A stretch of DNA of 64,000 nucleotides from an uncultured bacterium (GCA_963749495.1 CAVVMW010000001.1:512001-576000), one strand, 5' to 3'; positions 10,574 through 21,896 are shown, counted from the stretch's first letter. Notes: generated from the sequence alone by a model not told the origin. Numbers and translations: made by a program.

Positions 10574-12237
10574 ATGAAAACCAATCATCCATTGCTCCTG
10601 TTGGCCGGTGTGACCACCGGGCTTGCCCTCATGGCCGCCGAAGCGCCGCCCGGCGCTCCCACCAACGCCCCCCCGGCGGCTGTGCCGGAAGTGGCGCCGG
10701 CCGCCACAAACGCCAACGCCGCTGCGGACGCGGCCCCGACTGAGGCGCCAAGCCCCGCCGCGGCTGCTGCCATTGCCCCGGCCCTGGCCGACACCAATGC
10801 CCCCGCCGCAGCCGCCACCAACGCCGAGCCAACCATTACTGTCGAAAACGGCGCCGGGGGCCTCCGCTTCAACTTCCACGGCGCTCCCTTGAACCTGGTC
10901 CTCGAATACATGAGCGACGCGGCCGGGTTCATCATCAACAAACAAACCGAGTCCTTGCGCGGCACGGTCGAGGTCTGGAGCAAGAAACCGGTCACCAAAG
11001 ACGAGGCCGTCGAGTTGCTCAACTCGGTTCTCAGGAAGAACGGCTACGCCGTGGCCCGCAACGATCGCATCCTCACCATCTTCGACATCAATGGGGCGAA
11101 GACCAGCTGGAGCTGGGCGTCAGGATGGTCTCCAAGCCCGATGAGGTCACGACCGATGACGTGGGCACCTGGGTGGTTCCCGTGCATTTCGTGAGCGCCA
11201 GCCAGATGATGGCCAACCTGCGCGTGTTGCTGCCGCTGAGCGACAAACTCATCGTCAACGAGAGCGCCAACTCAATCATGATCGTCGCCCCGGGCCGCGA
11301 CGTGCGCCGCATGCTCAAGATTGTCAACGCCATCAACAACTCCAGCGCCACCGGTTCCATCCAGGTGTTCAAGCTCCGCTACGCGGACGCCAAACAGATG
11401 GCCACCGAGATCACGGCCCTGTTCACCCAGAGCGGCATCCCCGGGATGCCGGGCGGCATGGGCGGCGGGGGCCGTATGGGGGCGTTTTTGGGGGCGATGA
11501 TGATGCGCGGGGGCGGCGGCATGGGCGGCCAGGGCAGCGGCGGCACTCCCTCGGGCACTCGCGTCTCCGCAACCTCCGACGATTACTCCAACGCCCTCAT
11601 CGTCAACGCCGCGCCGGATGTGCTGGCGATTATCAGCAACATGGTCGACCAGATCAATGTCCCCACCACCGACATCACCGAGGTGCGCATCTTCCAGCTC
11701 AAGCACGCCGACCCCAACGAAATGGCGGACCAGCTTTCCCAGCTCTTCCCGGACACCAGCCGGACGGATACCGGCACCGGCTTCGCCATGCGCTTCGGCC
11801 CGGGCGGTCCTTTCGGCATGCGCGGGGGCGGCAACCAGGCGACCAGCAACGACCGCAACAAGAAGAAGAGCCAGGTCATCGCCGTGCCCGAGCCGCGCAC
11901 CCGCTCGCTCCTGGTCAGCGCCGCCAGCGAGATGATGCCCCATATCGCCGAGATGATCGACAAACTCGATTCCATCGATGCCCGCCACGAGGTGGTCCGG
12001 GTCTTCGAACTGGCCAACGCCGACCCGCAGGATGTCCAGAACATCCTCCAGGACCTCTTCCAGCGGTCCGGAAACATCCGCAGCGCGAATAACAACTCCA
12101 AACAATCGCTGCTGGGCACTGGCAATCCGTTGACCACGCGTTCAACCCAGACCACGGGGATGACCGGCTCCTCAACCGGCTTCGGCTCCAGCACGGGGGG
12201 CCGAAGCGGAGGCATGGGCTCGGGCATGGGCTTCTAG
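10574..12237 (+). CDS. Secretin N-terminal (N0/N1-N3) domain protein, no beta-barrel (frameshift near 11108)
   Basis: Signal peptide, LRFNFHGAPL N0 domain, repeated F.L.(Y/H/N)AD and ..NALIV.A secretin-N motifs; Gly/Ser tail then stop. Confidence 0.8.
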
Positions 12238-12291
12238 CCGTCGCCACCCCCGCCTGCCACACCACCGGCTTTAACCTTTCACGATGCAATT

Positions 12292-13503
12292 ATGAACACA
12301 CAATCTTCGAACTGGCACAAATACTTCATTGCGCTGAGTGCTCTGGTCTTGAGCGCGGCGCTCCCCGCGCAGGCGCAACGGGCCGGCGGCGGCGGCGGCG
12401 GCGGCTTCGGCGGCGGCTTCGGCGGCGCCCGCGGCGGCAGCAGCTCCTCCACCAGCCAGTACCCCACCGCCAACAAAATCGGCGATGCCTACTTCTCGAT
12501 CGACCCCGAGTCGCGCCGCGTCGTCACCATCGCCGATGAGGAGACCAGCCTGGCCATCTCTCAGGTCCTCTCGAACCTGGATCGGCCCAAACCCCAAGTC
12601 CTCATCAAGGTCGTGTTCCTGGAGGTCACCCACAACAATGCCAGCGACATCGGCATCGAAGGCGCCTGGGGCAAGGGCATCGGTGGCGGCAACAGCGCCA
12701 GCGCGAACCAAGGATTCGGCCTCACGCCGCTCAGCACGGGCGCCAGCACCAACATTAACCCCTTTGGAGCAGCTATCTCCAGCTTTGCCCCCATCTCGCC
12801 CATGACCTCCGAGGGCGCGGGCCTCTACTCAGTCCTGGGCGCCAACTACACGGCGACACTCCGCGCCATTGCCTCGGCCGGCAACGCCAAGATCCTCTCC
12901 AGACCCTCCATCCTCGCCCGCAACAACCAACCCGCCACCATCACCGTGGGCGAGCAGGTCCCTCTCATCACCGCCGTGAACTACACGACCTTCGGCAATA
13001 CCATCAACTCCATCACCTATGAGTCCGTCGGCGTCATCCTGCAGGTCACACCCTTCATCACCTCCGAAGGTCTGGTCGAAATGATCGTTGCCCCGCAAAT
13101 CTCCTCCATCGATCCGACCCTTTCCATCCCCATCTCCGCCAATGTCAACGCCCCCGTCATCAACGTCCGCTCCGCCAATACCGTCGTCGTCACTCCCAAC
13201 GGCCAAACCGTCATCATCGGCGGTCTGATGGAAAGCACCAAGTCCAAGAACCAGACCAAGATCCCACTCCTGGGCGACATCCCCTTGCTGGGCAGCCTCT
13301 TCAAACACACCCAGATTAACGATGTCAAGACCGAGTTGATCATCTTCCTGACCCCCTATATCGCCCAGAACCCCACCGAGATGGTCGCCATCACCGGTCA
13401 CGAGAAGCAGAGGTCCGACATCGAGAAGTCCTTCACGGAGCAGGAACTCAACAAATTCCTCGAGACCCTTCCGAGCAAGGACAAGGCCGCCCCCCGCCAC
13501 TGA
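12292..13503 (+). CDS. gspD: Secretin C-terminal (beta-barrel) protein, GspD-like, with its own signal peptide
   Basis: QVLIKVVFLEV, ILSRPSILARNNQPATITVG, GQTVIIGGL, KIPLLGDIPLLGSLF, TELIIFLTPYI. Confidence 0.88.
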   Translation: MNTQSSNWHKYFIALSALVLSAALPAQAQRAGGGGGGGFGGGFGGARGGSSSSTSQYPTANKIGDAYFSIDPESRRVVTIADEETSLAISQVLSNLDRPKPQVLIKVVFLEVTHNNASDIGIEGAWGKGIGGGNSASANQGFGLTPLSTGASTNINPFGAAISSFAPISPMTSEGAGLYSVLGANYTATLRAIASAGNAKILSRPSILARNNQPATITVGEQVPLITAVNYTTFGNTINSITYESVGVILQVTPFITSEGLVEMIVAPQISSIDPTLSIPISANVNAPVINVRSANTVVVTPNGQTVIIGGLMESTKSKNQTKIPLLGDIPLLGSLFKHTQINDVKTELIIFLTPYIAQNPTEMVAITGHEKQRSDIEKSFTEQELNKFLETLPSKDKAAPRH

Positions 13504-13642
13504 GGGCGTCCAAAAAACTCGCCGGAATGCAAACTTCGTCGCAGCCTTTGTCGCAACGTTTGTCGGATTGGCCATTTTCCGACAAAGGCCGCGACAAAGG
13601 CTGCGACAGCGATTCGCAGTCGGAGTTCTTCGGACACGCTCT
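13502..13642. repeat. 12-mer tandem/inverted element inside imperfect IS-like terminal inverted repeats
   Basis: GAGGGCGTCCAAAAAACTC ... GAGTTCTTCGGACACGCTC enclosing CTTTGTCG / CGACAAAG units. Confidence 0.7.
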
Positions 13643-13713
13643 GAGCCTGAAAGTTGCTGACGCCCCGGGCGCAGGATCCGCTAACAATATAGAGGTATGA
13701 GCAGAGCTGTCCC

Positions 13714-15255
13714 ATGGAACTAGCGCGACGCAACCAGTTTGTCTATGCCCTGGTGGCGGCCGTGTGGGCCGTGGTGGGCCTTTGGCAAATCGAGGAGCAC
13801 GTCCGGGTGAAGAACTACGCCAAGGCCAGCGTGCGGGATTGCGCGCAGGAGATCGCCGACACGATGGGCTCGTTCATTCAGGGCCAGCAAATCTGGGGGG
13901 CGGTCTTCAGTGACCGGCTGCAACCGGTGCTGGACCGCATGGCCCGTCTGCGCAACAGCGAAGTGCTCTCGCTGCTGCTGCTCAATGCCGCCGGCGATGT
14001 GGTGGCCAAGGCCGGCAATCCCATCGATCCCATTGATCTCGAGCAGACCGAACTCCTCCGGAAGGGGGAGCACTGGGGCCGCCGCAGCCTGGTCATCGCC
14101 TATCCGATCGCGGGGGTGAGCATCGCGCAGGAGGGTGTCACCAACTCCGCCTCTCCGTTCCTATTGGATCCCCCCACCAACGGCCTGGCCCGCCGACAGC
14201 CCCGCCGCGGCGAACCCAGGCCCGAGCCGCCCGGCTCCTCCAATGCGGTCCAGAGTGCCGATTCCGACGCACCCCCTCCTCCGCCTGACCATCCCCCGGG
14301 TCCGCCTCCGGGCCGCGGCGCACGCGAGCGGGAATTCCGGCGCCCCCGGCCCTGGTGGATGGCGGCCCGCCGGGCCGACCCCGAATTCCAGGCCTATGCC
14401 CAGAAGCGCGAGATGCACGGCCTGGTTCTGGCCATGTCCACCGAGACCTTCCAGGCCGTCTGCCGGCACGATCTGTGGCTGCGCTGCATCATCGATTTCC
14501 TCGCCACGACCTCGGCCGTCGGCTTGGGCCTGGCCTGGCGCAACATCGGCAAGTCCTCCGAACTGCAGATCCGCCTGGTCCGCGCCAGCGAATTGACGAC
14601 CCACCTCCGGGAGATGAACCTGGCCGCCGCCGGCCTGGCCCACGAAACCCGCAATCCCCTCAACATCATCCGCGGCCTGGCCCAGATGCTCTCCAAGACG
14701 CCCGACGCCGCTGCTGAGGTCCAGAAAAAGACCCGCGAGATCATCGACGAGGCCGATAAAGTGGCCGCGCAATTGAACGAGTTCATCAACTACTCCCGCC
14801 CCCGCGAGGTCCGCCGCTCCAAGCTCGCCCTCGGCTCGGTCGTCAACGAGGTCATCCGCACCTTGAGCTTCGACCTCGAGGAAAAAAAGATCGACCTCCA
14901 GGTCGTCGGCGAATCCCTCGGCATCGAGGCCGACGAGCATCTCCTCCGCCAGGCCCTGTTCAATCTCCTGCTCAACGCCATCCAGGCCGTCCAGCCCGGC
15001 GGCCAGATCCGCGTCCAGGCCGCGCGCCGCACGGCCGCCGAGGCCCTGCTCGAAATCCGCGACAACGGTCCCGGCGTCCCCCCCGAGCGCCGCACCGAGA
15101 TCTTCAGGCCCTATTTCACCACCCAAAAAACCGGCACCGGCCTCGGCCTGGCCGTCGTCCAGCAGATCGTCCTGGCCCACGGCTGGGAGATCCAATGCCT
15201 GCCCAACGAACCCAAAGGCGCCCTCTTCCGCATCTCCCACCTCAAGCTGGCGTGA
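13714..15255 (+). CDS. Membrane sensor histidine kinase (NtrB/ZraS-like); no adjacent response regulator
   Basis: Two TM segments, AHETRNPL H-box, NLLLNAIQA, DNGPG, FTT..GTGLGL. Confidence 0.93.
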   Translation: MELARRNQFVYALVAAVWAVVGLWQIEEHVRVKNYAKASVRDCAQEIADTMGSFIQGQQIWGAVFSDRLQPVLDRMARLRNSEVLSLLLLNAAGDVVAKAGNPIDPIDLEQTELLRKGEHWGRRSLVIAYPIAGVSIAQEGVTNSASPFLLDPPTNGLARRQPRRGEPRPEPPGSSNAVQSADSDAPPPPPDHPPGPPPGRGAREREFRRPRPWWMAARRADPEFQAYAQKREMHGLVLAMSTETFQAVCRHDLWLRCIIDFLATTSAVGLGLAWRNIGKSSELQIRLVRASELTTHLREMNLAAAGLAHETRNPLNIIRGLAQMLSKTPDAAAEVQKKTREIIDEADKVAAQLNEFINYSRPREVRRSKLALGSVVNEVIRTLSFDLEEKKIDLQVVGESLGIEADEHLLRQALFNLLLNAIQAVQPGGQIRVQAARRTAAEALLEIRDNGPGVPPERRTEIFRPYFTTQKTGTGLGLAVVQQIVLAHGWEIQCLPNEPKGALFRISHLKLA

Positions 15256-15348
15256 ACACTGCCCCTACCGGCAGCGGCGGGGCCGCAGTGCCGTCGCCGC
15301 ACCGTTGCGCGGATTGGGTTTGATGCGCCCGCCCGAGGCGCTGCCGCG

Positions 15349-16077
15349 CATCCTGAAAGGATGAAAATCACTCAGCCCAGGGTTGCCCCGCCCTTTCGCA
15401 AGAAAGGGCGGGCTACCCTGGGTCAAGACGCCCGTGAGCCGCTACTCTGAAAGAGTTGCATCCCGCACGCCTTGGAGGCATGCTTCGCTCATGTCCCAGT
15501 CGTTGGCCAAAATCCTCATCCACACGGTGTTTTCAACCAAAGAGCGCCGCCCCCTCCTGCGGGATCGCCCATTACGGGAGGAGTTGCACCGCTACCTCGG
15601 TGGCATTCTTAACCACCTGGATTGCCAACCAGTCATCGTCGGCGGCATCGAAGATCACGTGCATCTGCTGTCCGGCCTCTCCCGCACCTGCCAGGTTGCG
15701 GAAATGGTCAAGGAACTCAAGCGAGGTTCCTCCCTCTGGATCAAGGAGCGAGCTCGGACGATGAGTGGTTTTGCCTGGCAGAACGGGTATGGCGTCCTCT
15801 CCGTCAGCCTGTCCCGAATCGAGGACGTGCGGCATTATATCGCCGAGCAGGAGCAGCGCCATCGCAAGCTCTCGTTCCAGGATGAATTCAGGCAACTGCT
15901 CAAGCTCCATCAAATCGCATACGACGAGCGATATGTGTGGGATTGATGGCGGTTGGGCGCGGCCGCTCAAACCCTTTCAGGGTAAAGGCTCCTCGGCGCA
16001 TAACCCAGGGTAGCCCGCCCTTTCTTGCGAAAGGGCGGGGCAACCCTGGGCTGAGTGATTGCCATCCCTTCGGGATG
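15349..16077. mobile_element. REP-flanked Y1 transposase locus (IS200/RAYT-like REPtron)
   Basis: Perfect 58-bp inverted repeats 15366-15423 and 16003-16060, each itself a hairpin, plus short CCTGAAAGG / CCCTTCGGG hairpins around the tnpA. Confidence 0.85.
15491..15946 (+). CDS. tnpA: IS200/IS605-family (RAYT-like) HUH Y1 transposase
   Basis: H.VFSTK, DHVHLL HUH motif, WQNGY, YIAEQ catalytic Tyr. Confidence 0.93.
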   Translation: MSQSLAKILIHTVFSTKERRPLLRDRPLREELHRYLGGILNHLDCQPVIVGGIEDHVHLLSGLSRTCQVAEMVKELKRGSSLWIKERARTMSGFAWQNGYGVLSVSLSRIEDVRHYIAEQEQRHRKLSFQDEFRQLLKLHQIAYDERYVWD

Positions 16078-16220
16078 GGCGCTGCCAAGATCCGGGTAAG
16101 GAACCTCGTCTTCTCGCCCACTCGGGGGAGCCAGCGGCGGGACGCGCGCCCGTGCGTCCATTCGCCGTCCGGTTCAAAGAGGTTTGACCTCCCTTCCCGG
16201 AACGCGCATGATGCGGCCCA

Positions 16221-17756
16221 ATGCGCGCGCGACTGTTGGCGGGCATCGTCCTGAGCGGTGCCCTCGTTGCTTCTGCCCAAACCAATGCTCCGGTGGGGGG
16301 CGCGCGGTCCATGGCCTTGCAGGAGTGCCTGGACCTGGCCCTGAGCAAGAACCTGGACCTGCAGATCGAGCACCTGTCCACCGACATCGCCGGCTACAAT
16401 CTCCAGGGCGCTTATGGGGCCTGGGTCCCCAACCTCGCCTTCGGGGCAAGGCACGATTTCGTCTCCATGCCCTCTGAACTCAATTACAAGAAGGCTCACG
16501 ACGATTTCCCTTATGAACTGGATACCGACTCCGTGAACCCGGCGTTGACGGGGCGGCTGCCGATCGGGCTGAGCTATGATATTGGCGGCAATGCCAACGC
16601 GCAGTTCTTGCGTGAGGACCTCCGCACCAGGCCCACCGTGGCGGCCGATTACCCCTCAGGCCTTCGGCTCACCAACGGCTATTTTGCCGACTTCAGCATG
16701 GGCTTCCAGCAGCACTTGCTCAAGGACTCCTGGATCGATCCTTACCGGGAGACGCTCCTGCTCCGGCGCAAAGACCTGAAGATGTCCGAACAGGCGCTGC
16801 GGCTCCTGGTCATGAAGACCGCCCTGGCCGTCGAGGTGGGCTTCGACAACCTCCTGGCCGCCCGCGAGACCATCCGGGTCCAGGAAAAGATGCTCGAACT
16901 GCGCCGGCAATTGGTGGCCGAGACGCGCCGGCGCGTCGAGGTCGGCGACCTGCCGCCCCTGGACCTCGAGCAGGCGCAGACCCAACTGCAGAACACTCTG
17001 ACCGCCCTGGCGGCCGCGCGCCAGACCTATGTCAGCCGGGAAAACGCCTTGAAGGGCCTCTTGACCGACAATTTCAAGGACTGGGTCGAGGTGGATTTGC
17101 AGCCGGCCGGGGCGTTGCTGGCCCTCAAGGCCGACTTGGACCGGCAGCAGAGCTTCCAAACCGCCATGAAAAACCGCCCCGACCTGGCCGAGGCGCGCCT
17201 GGCCGTCGAGAAGAGCGACGTCGTCGTCCGCTTCCAGAGAAACCAGTTGTTTCCGAACGTGGATTTCGTGGGCCGCTACGGCGGCCTGGGCGATCAGCCG
17301 GATTTGAGCGGCAGCCTCAGCGACAGCTTCCACTTCCGTCATCCCGCCTATTTCTATGGCGTCGTGGTCAGCTTCCCCTTGAGCAACGTGGCCGAGCGCA
17401 ACAGCTATCGGGCCAGCCGCGCCGCCCGCGAGATCGCCAAACTCGAACTCAAAAAGGCCGAGCAATCGATCCTCCTGGACGTGGCCGATTTCATCAACCA
17501 GGCCGGCTCGCTCTTCGCCCAGGTCGGTTCCACCCACCAAGCCCGCGTCTATGCCGAAGCCGCCCTGGCCGCCGAGCAAAAGAAACTCCAGAACGGCCTC
17601 TCGACCACCTTCCTTGTTCTCCAGATGCAGGAGATCCTCACCGCCGCCCAGACCGCCGAGACCCAGGCGGTGGTCAATTACAACAAGGCCCTGGCCCAAC
17701 TCGCCTTCGCCGAGGGCAGCACCATGGACCGCCACCACCTGCGCTTGGGACGGTGA
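16221..17756 (+). CDS. TolC-family outer-membrane channel
   Basis: Signal peptide; two OEP repeats (AL.KNLDL, AMKNRPDL, VVVSFPL, NGLSTTF.VL). Confidence 0.88.
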   Translation: MRARLLAGIVLSGALVASAQTNAPVGGARSMALQECLDLALSKNLDLQIEHLSTDIAGYNLQGAYGAWVPNLAFGARHDFVSMPSELNYKKAHDDFPYELDTDSVNPALTGRLPIGLSYDIGGNANAQFLREDLRTRPTVAADYPSGLRLTNGYFADFSMGFQQHLLKDSWIDPYRETLLLRRKDLKMSEQALRLLVMKTALAVEVGFDNLLAARETIRVQEKMLELRRQLVAETRRRVEVGDLPPLDLEQAQTQLQNTLTALAAARQTYVSRENALKGLLTDNFKDWVEVDLQPAGALLALKADLDRQQSFQTAMKNRPDLAEARLAVEKSDVVVRFQRNQLFPNVDFVGRYGGLGDQPDLSGSLSDSFHFRHPAYFYGVVVSFPLSNVAERNSYRASRAAREIAKLELKKAEQSILLDVADFINQAGSLFAQVGSTHQARVYAEAALAAEQKKLQNGLSTTFLVLQMQEILTAAQTAETQAVVNYNKALAQLAFAEGSTMDRHHLRLGR

Positions 17757-17890
17757 GGCCCGGCGCCGCGCTCACCTTCAGGGTGAGCGCCCCGGTGCAC
17801 CAGGGCCTTCGGCCCTGCGGGTTTTCAAGCTTGTGGCGCCAGACAAAGCCCAGGTACTATCCACCGCCGATGCAGGCCGTTCTGAACACG

Positions 17891-18955
17891 ATGAGGCAGA
17901 GCGCATTAAAGAGCCGGCTTTCCCGCCGTGAGTGGTTTCGCGGGCTGGTCTGCACCGCCGCCTGGGCGCTGGCTGGAGCAGGTCGCTCAGCATCGGCCTC
18001 AACTCGAAAGTCCCCAGGCGTCGCCGAGGCGGCCTTGGCTTTTGTCCGCCGATGCGCCCGCCGGGATGGCGGCTACGCGCCGTCGCCCGAGCCGGGATAC
18101 GCGGGAAACTCGGACACCGGTTCCAGTGATCTGGCCGCGGTGACCTACGCGGCGACCCTGGCCAAGACGATGGGATGGCGGCTGCCGCACCCGGGACGCT
18201 CGATCCAGTTCATTGAGCGCCATCAACAGGCGGACGGCTCGTTCATCAACTTCGAGGGCAAGATGGATCCGAAGTCGGACCTGGCACAGCTCTACAACAC
18301 AGTCCAGGGCGTGGTTGCGCTGCGAGCATTGGGGCAGCGCCCCAGGATTGATCCGAGCAAGGTCCTGGACCGTTTCTTTGCCGGCGACGCGTTCAGCCGG
18401 CTTCCCGGATATACGACAAGTTTCTTCCCCCTGTTCTATGCCGCCCTGGGCAGGCCGTTTCCACCGCGCTACGACGAGGCCTTGCGCGGTTTGCTGGTCC
18501 GTGGGCAGGGCGAGGATGGCTACGTGGGCGATCACGTGGCTGCCACGTTCCACATGGCGCACTACTTTCGTTTGATCGGCCAGCCCACACCCAAGGCCGG
18601 CCAGATGGTGGCCCGCGTCCTGCGCAACCAGAGGCCCGATGGGGGCTGGAACATCAAGGAACCGGACTGGGACGTACACGCTTGCTTCGACGCCGTCTTC
18701 ATTCTGCGGCAGTTGGGAGGGGACTCAGAACCGGTGCGCAAGGCCATGGAGAAAGCGGCCGGTTGGGCGTTGGCTTGTCGAAACCAGGACGGCGGCTTTG
18801 GCCATTATCCCGGGTGGCACTCGGACATGGACGCCGTGTACTTCCAATTGGGCACATTGATCCAGTGCGGCCGGGTGTCTCCGGCCAAGCGAGACATGCC
18901 CGACGCCCATACCCTGAGTTGGGGCCACGCAATGCAGCCCGGCAGGGTCTATTAG
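17891..18955 (+). CDS. Tat-exported prenyltransferase/squalene-cyclase-repeat (alpha/alpha barrel) protein
   Basis: SRREWF twin-arginine motif; repeated QxxDGG(Y/W/F) motifs. Confidence 0.75.
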   Translation: MRQSALKSRLSRREWFRGLVCTAAWALAGAGRSASASTRKSPGVAEAALAFVRRCARRDGGYAPSPEPGYAGNSDTGSSDLAAVTYAATLAKTMGWRLPHPGRSIQFIERHQQADGSFINFEGKMDPKSDLAQLYNTVQGVVALRALGQRPRIDPSKVLDRFFAGDAFSRLPGYTTSFFPLFYAALGRPFPPRYDEALRGLLVRGQGEDGYVGDHVAATFHMAHYFRLIGQPTPKAGQMVARVLRNQRPDGGWNIKEPDWDVHACFDAVFILRQLGGDSEPVRKAMEKAAGWALACRNQDGGFGHYPGWHSDMDAVYFQLGTLIQCGRVSPAKRDMPDAHTLSWGHAMQPGRVY

Positions 18956-18991
18956 CAAGGCCCTGCTGCACCGGACTTTAAGTGACTTTCA

Positions 18992-19074
18992 CGACCTTTG
19001 TCGCAGCCTTTGTCGAAACCTTTGTCGAAATCGGGCTGAGCTCGACAAAGGTTGCGACAAAGGCTGCGACAAAG
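18992..19074. repeat. 12-mer tandem/inverted element
   Basis: (CCTTTGTCG...)x3 then inverted (CGACAAAGG...)x3. Confidence 0.85.
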
Positions 19075-19291
19075 ATACCAATGTCATCCAAAGTCCGGTG
19101 CAGTAGAGCAAGGATGGAAGTCCTGTGCACCCAAACGCACAGTTGACAAATGGGAGCCAGGGCGTGAGGATTGCGCGGGCAAAGCCGAAACCAGCCGGAA
19201 GGCAGGCAACCAGGGTGCCACGCGCGGCGGCTGGGCCGCACCGTGAGCAACCGTGTTGAGTGATACTAAACAGACTCGAAAAGCCGTGCAA

Positions 19292-20140
19292 ATGAAACCG
19301 ACCCCCACCCGTTCCCGCTGTGCCTTCACCCTCATCGAACTGTTGGTGGTCATCGCCATCATCGCGATTCTGGCGGCGATGCTGCTGCCGGCCCTGGCCA
19401 AGGCCAAGCTCAAGGCGCAGGGGGTCCAGTGTTTGAGCAACACCAAACAGTTGATGCTCGCCTGGAGCATGTATACCGATGATAACAACGGCAACCTGGT
19501 GCCCAACCAGAACGAGGACGGCAACGTGAACCCAAGTTGGGTCAAGGGGATACTGAGCTGGGCGGCCAACAACACCGATAATACGAATCTGTTCTACGTG
19601 ATCGGCGCGGGCGGGTTGCTTGGCCAGTACAGCAAGTCGGCTGGGATTTACCACTGTCCGGCGGATGTCTATACCTGCACTGAGGGCAACCAGCAAATGT
19701 TGCGGGTGCGCAGCCTCTCCATGAACGGGTTTGTTCAAGGCGGCGCCTACGGCAAGGCCGCCACCTCCACCTGGTATCCGGCGTGGAGGGCCTACAACAA
19801 AATCTCCAATATCACCGTGCCGCGGCCTGTGAGCCTGATTATATTTGTGGATGAACACCCGGACAGCATCAACGATGGCTGGTGGATAACCACGGTGGGC
19901 GCGGACCTGGTGACTAACCCCGGCGTATGGGAGGACCTGCCCGCCAGTTATCACAATCACGCTTGCGGGTTTAGCTTCGCCGACGGACATAGCGAAATCC
20001 ATAAGTGGTTTGTGGGCGCCACCTGCCAACCGGTCAAGAAGGTTGATTACAACGGCACTGTAACGTCGCCGGGCAGCCGCGACATTATGTGGACCATCCA
20101 GCATGTCTCAGCCCCGGTCAACTCGAGTGGCATCAATTAG
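19292..20140 (+). CDS. Prepilin-type N-terminal cleavage protein with H-X9-DG motif (PVC-superphylum family)
   Basis: [43 protein letters not shown]. Confidence 0.92.
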   Translation: MKPTPTRSRCAFTLIELLVVIAIIAILAAMLLPALAKAKLKAQGVQCLSNTKQLMLAWSMYTDDNNGNLVPNQNEDGNVNPSWVKGILSWAANNTDNTNLFYVIGAGGLLGQYSKSAGIYHCPADVYTCTEGNQQMLRVRSLSMNGFVQGGAYGKAATSTWYPAWRAYNKISNITVPRPVSLIIFVDEHPDSINDGWWITTVGADLVTNPGVWEDLPASYHNHACGFSFADGHSEIHKWFVGATCQPVKKVDYNGTVTSPGSRDIMWTIQHVSAPVNSSGIN

Positions 20141-20187
20141 CGGCCCCTGATCGAAGCGCGGATTGCAGGACCTCGGATGACAACACT

Positions 20188-21896
20188 TTAGCGGAACACG
20201 AGATACAAGGCGACAAATACCACCAGCACGGCGACGGCGGCCAGGCGGTAGTTATCGAGGCCGCGCCCGCCCGCCTCGCCGCGCAACGGCTCGCGCCAGT
20301 CCTGCCAGACCAACGGCCGGGCTTCCGCTTTGAGCGGTTCGGGGAACAGGAAGGTGGTCAGCACCATGATCAGCAGGCAGGCCGCCAGCAGGAGGAAGGC
20401 GATCAGCATGAAGTCGCCCCGATAGATATTATTCCAATCCAGGTAAAACACCCCAAACCCAAGGGCCATGCCCCCCGCTAGCGTGAGGAACGCGGATTTG
20501 CCCGAAGCCCGCTTCCAGAAGACCCCCAGCAGGAACACGGCTGTAATCGGCGGCGCCACGTAGGAAATGAGCTTGTTGATGCCCTCGAACAGGGTTGTGT
20601 AATGGCCGAAGATCGGCGAGCAGACGATCGCCAGGATGGTGCCGATGACGGTGGTGAGCTTGCCGATGCGCACCAGTTGCTGATCGGTGATTCCCGGTTT
20701 GTGACGCTTGAAGATGTCGTAGGCCACGAGTGTGGCGGTGGAGTTGAGGGCGGCGGAGCAGGTTTGCATGGCGGCCGCGAGCATGGCGGCGGCGACGAGC
20801 CCCTTGACCCCACAGGCAGGAGGTGCGTGAGCAGGAAGGTGTAGGTGTCGGTGGCGCTTTGCGGCGCCTGTCCGCCAAAGGCCTTTTGCTGGACGAGGGC
20901 CACGCAAATGACGCCGGGCAGCACGAAAAAGAACACCGGCCAGATCTTCAGGAATGCGCAGAAGAGCGGACCCAACCGCGCGTGCTTCTCGTTTTTGGCC
21001 GCAAGCACGCGCTGGACGATGGTCTGGTCGCAGCACCAATACCAAATGCCCAGAACGGGGTACCCCAGCAGGACAGAATACCAGGGCAGGCCGCTGGGGT
21101 CTTTCGCGCCGCGGGCCATTTGCAGAAAGTTGCCGGTGCCCCACGTGACGTTGCTCCCCGGCACCGCCATCAGCGGATGCGGGTTGTTCGCCAGCGTGTG
21201 GGCCAACGCAGACCATCCCCCAGCCTGGATGTAACCGACTACCGTGATGACCACCGCCCCGGCCAGCAGCAGCACGGTTTGCACGCTTTCAGTCCAGACT
21301 ACGGCCAGCAAGCCGCCGAGCATCGTGTAGATGCCGGTCAGCACCCCCAACACGACGATGAAGAACATCAGGGCGTCGCTGCCCATGATCGTGGCCCCCG
21401 GCGCCAGGCCCAGGATGCCGCGCAGCACCCAGGCGGCAGTGTAAAGCGCCACGCCCATGTGAATGACTATCGCCGAAAAGAGCGATACCACCGAGAGCAC
21501 GTCCCGGCACCGGCGGTTGAAGCGGCGCTCCAGAAAATCCGGCAGCGTGGCCACCCGCGAGCGCAGGTAAAGCGGCGCGAAAAACAATGAGAGCAGGATC
21601 AGCGTGAAGCCCGCCATCCACTCGAAATTGCCGAACACCAGGCCAAACTTGTAGGCCGCCTCGGCGAGGCTGACCAGGTGGACGGTGGAAATGTTCGCCG
21701 CGAACATCGCCAGGCCAATGACCGGCCACGCCAGCGTGTTGCCGGCCAGGAAATAATGCCCGCCCTCCCCTCCCCGCTCGTCTTTGCGACGCAGCAAGCC
21801 CGCCGCGATGCCCAGGCCGACGACGCCAAGCAGATAGAGGGCGATGATGCTCCAGTCCAGACTGCCCATCGGCGTGGCCGATCTCAGTGAAACCAT
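20188..21896 (-). CDS. Sodium:solute symporter (SSS) (frameshift near 20808)
   Basis: YFLAG...W..IG..MFAANIS, GNFEW, WYWCCDQ.IVQRVLAA; continues in ORF ending 20188. Confidence 0.9.

Noticed and set aside
19170..19250. Riboswitch (c-di-GMP-like) upstream of the prepilin gene
   Set aside because: GGCAAA and GAAA words are present, but I could not build the required paired stems; an Rfam scan is needed.
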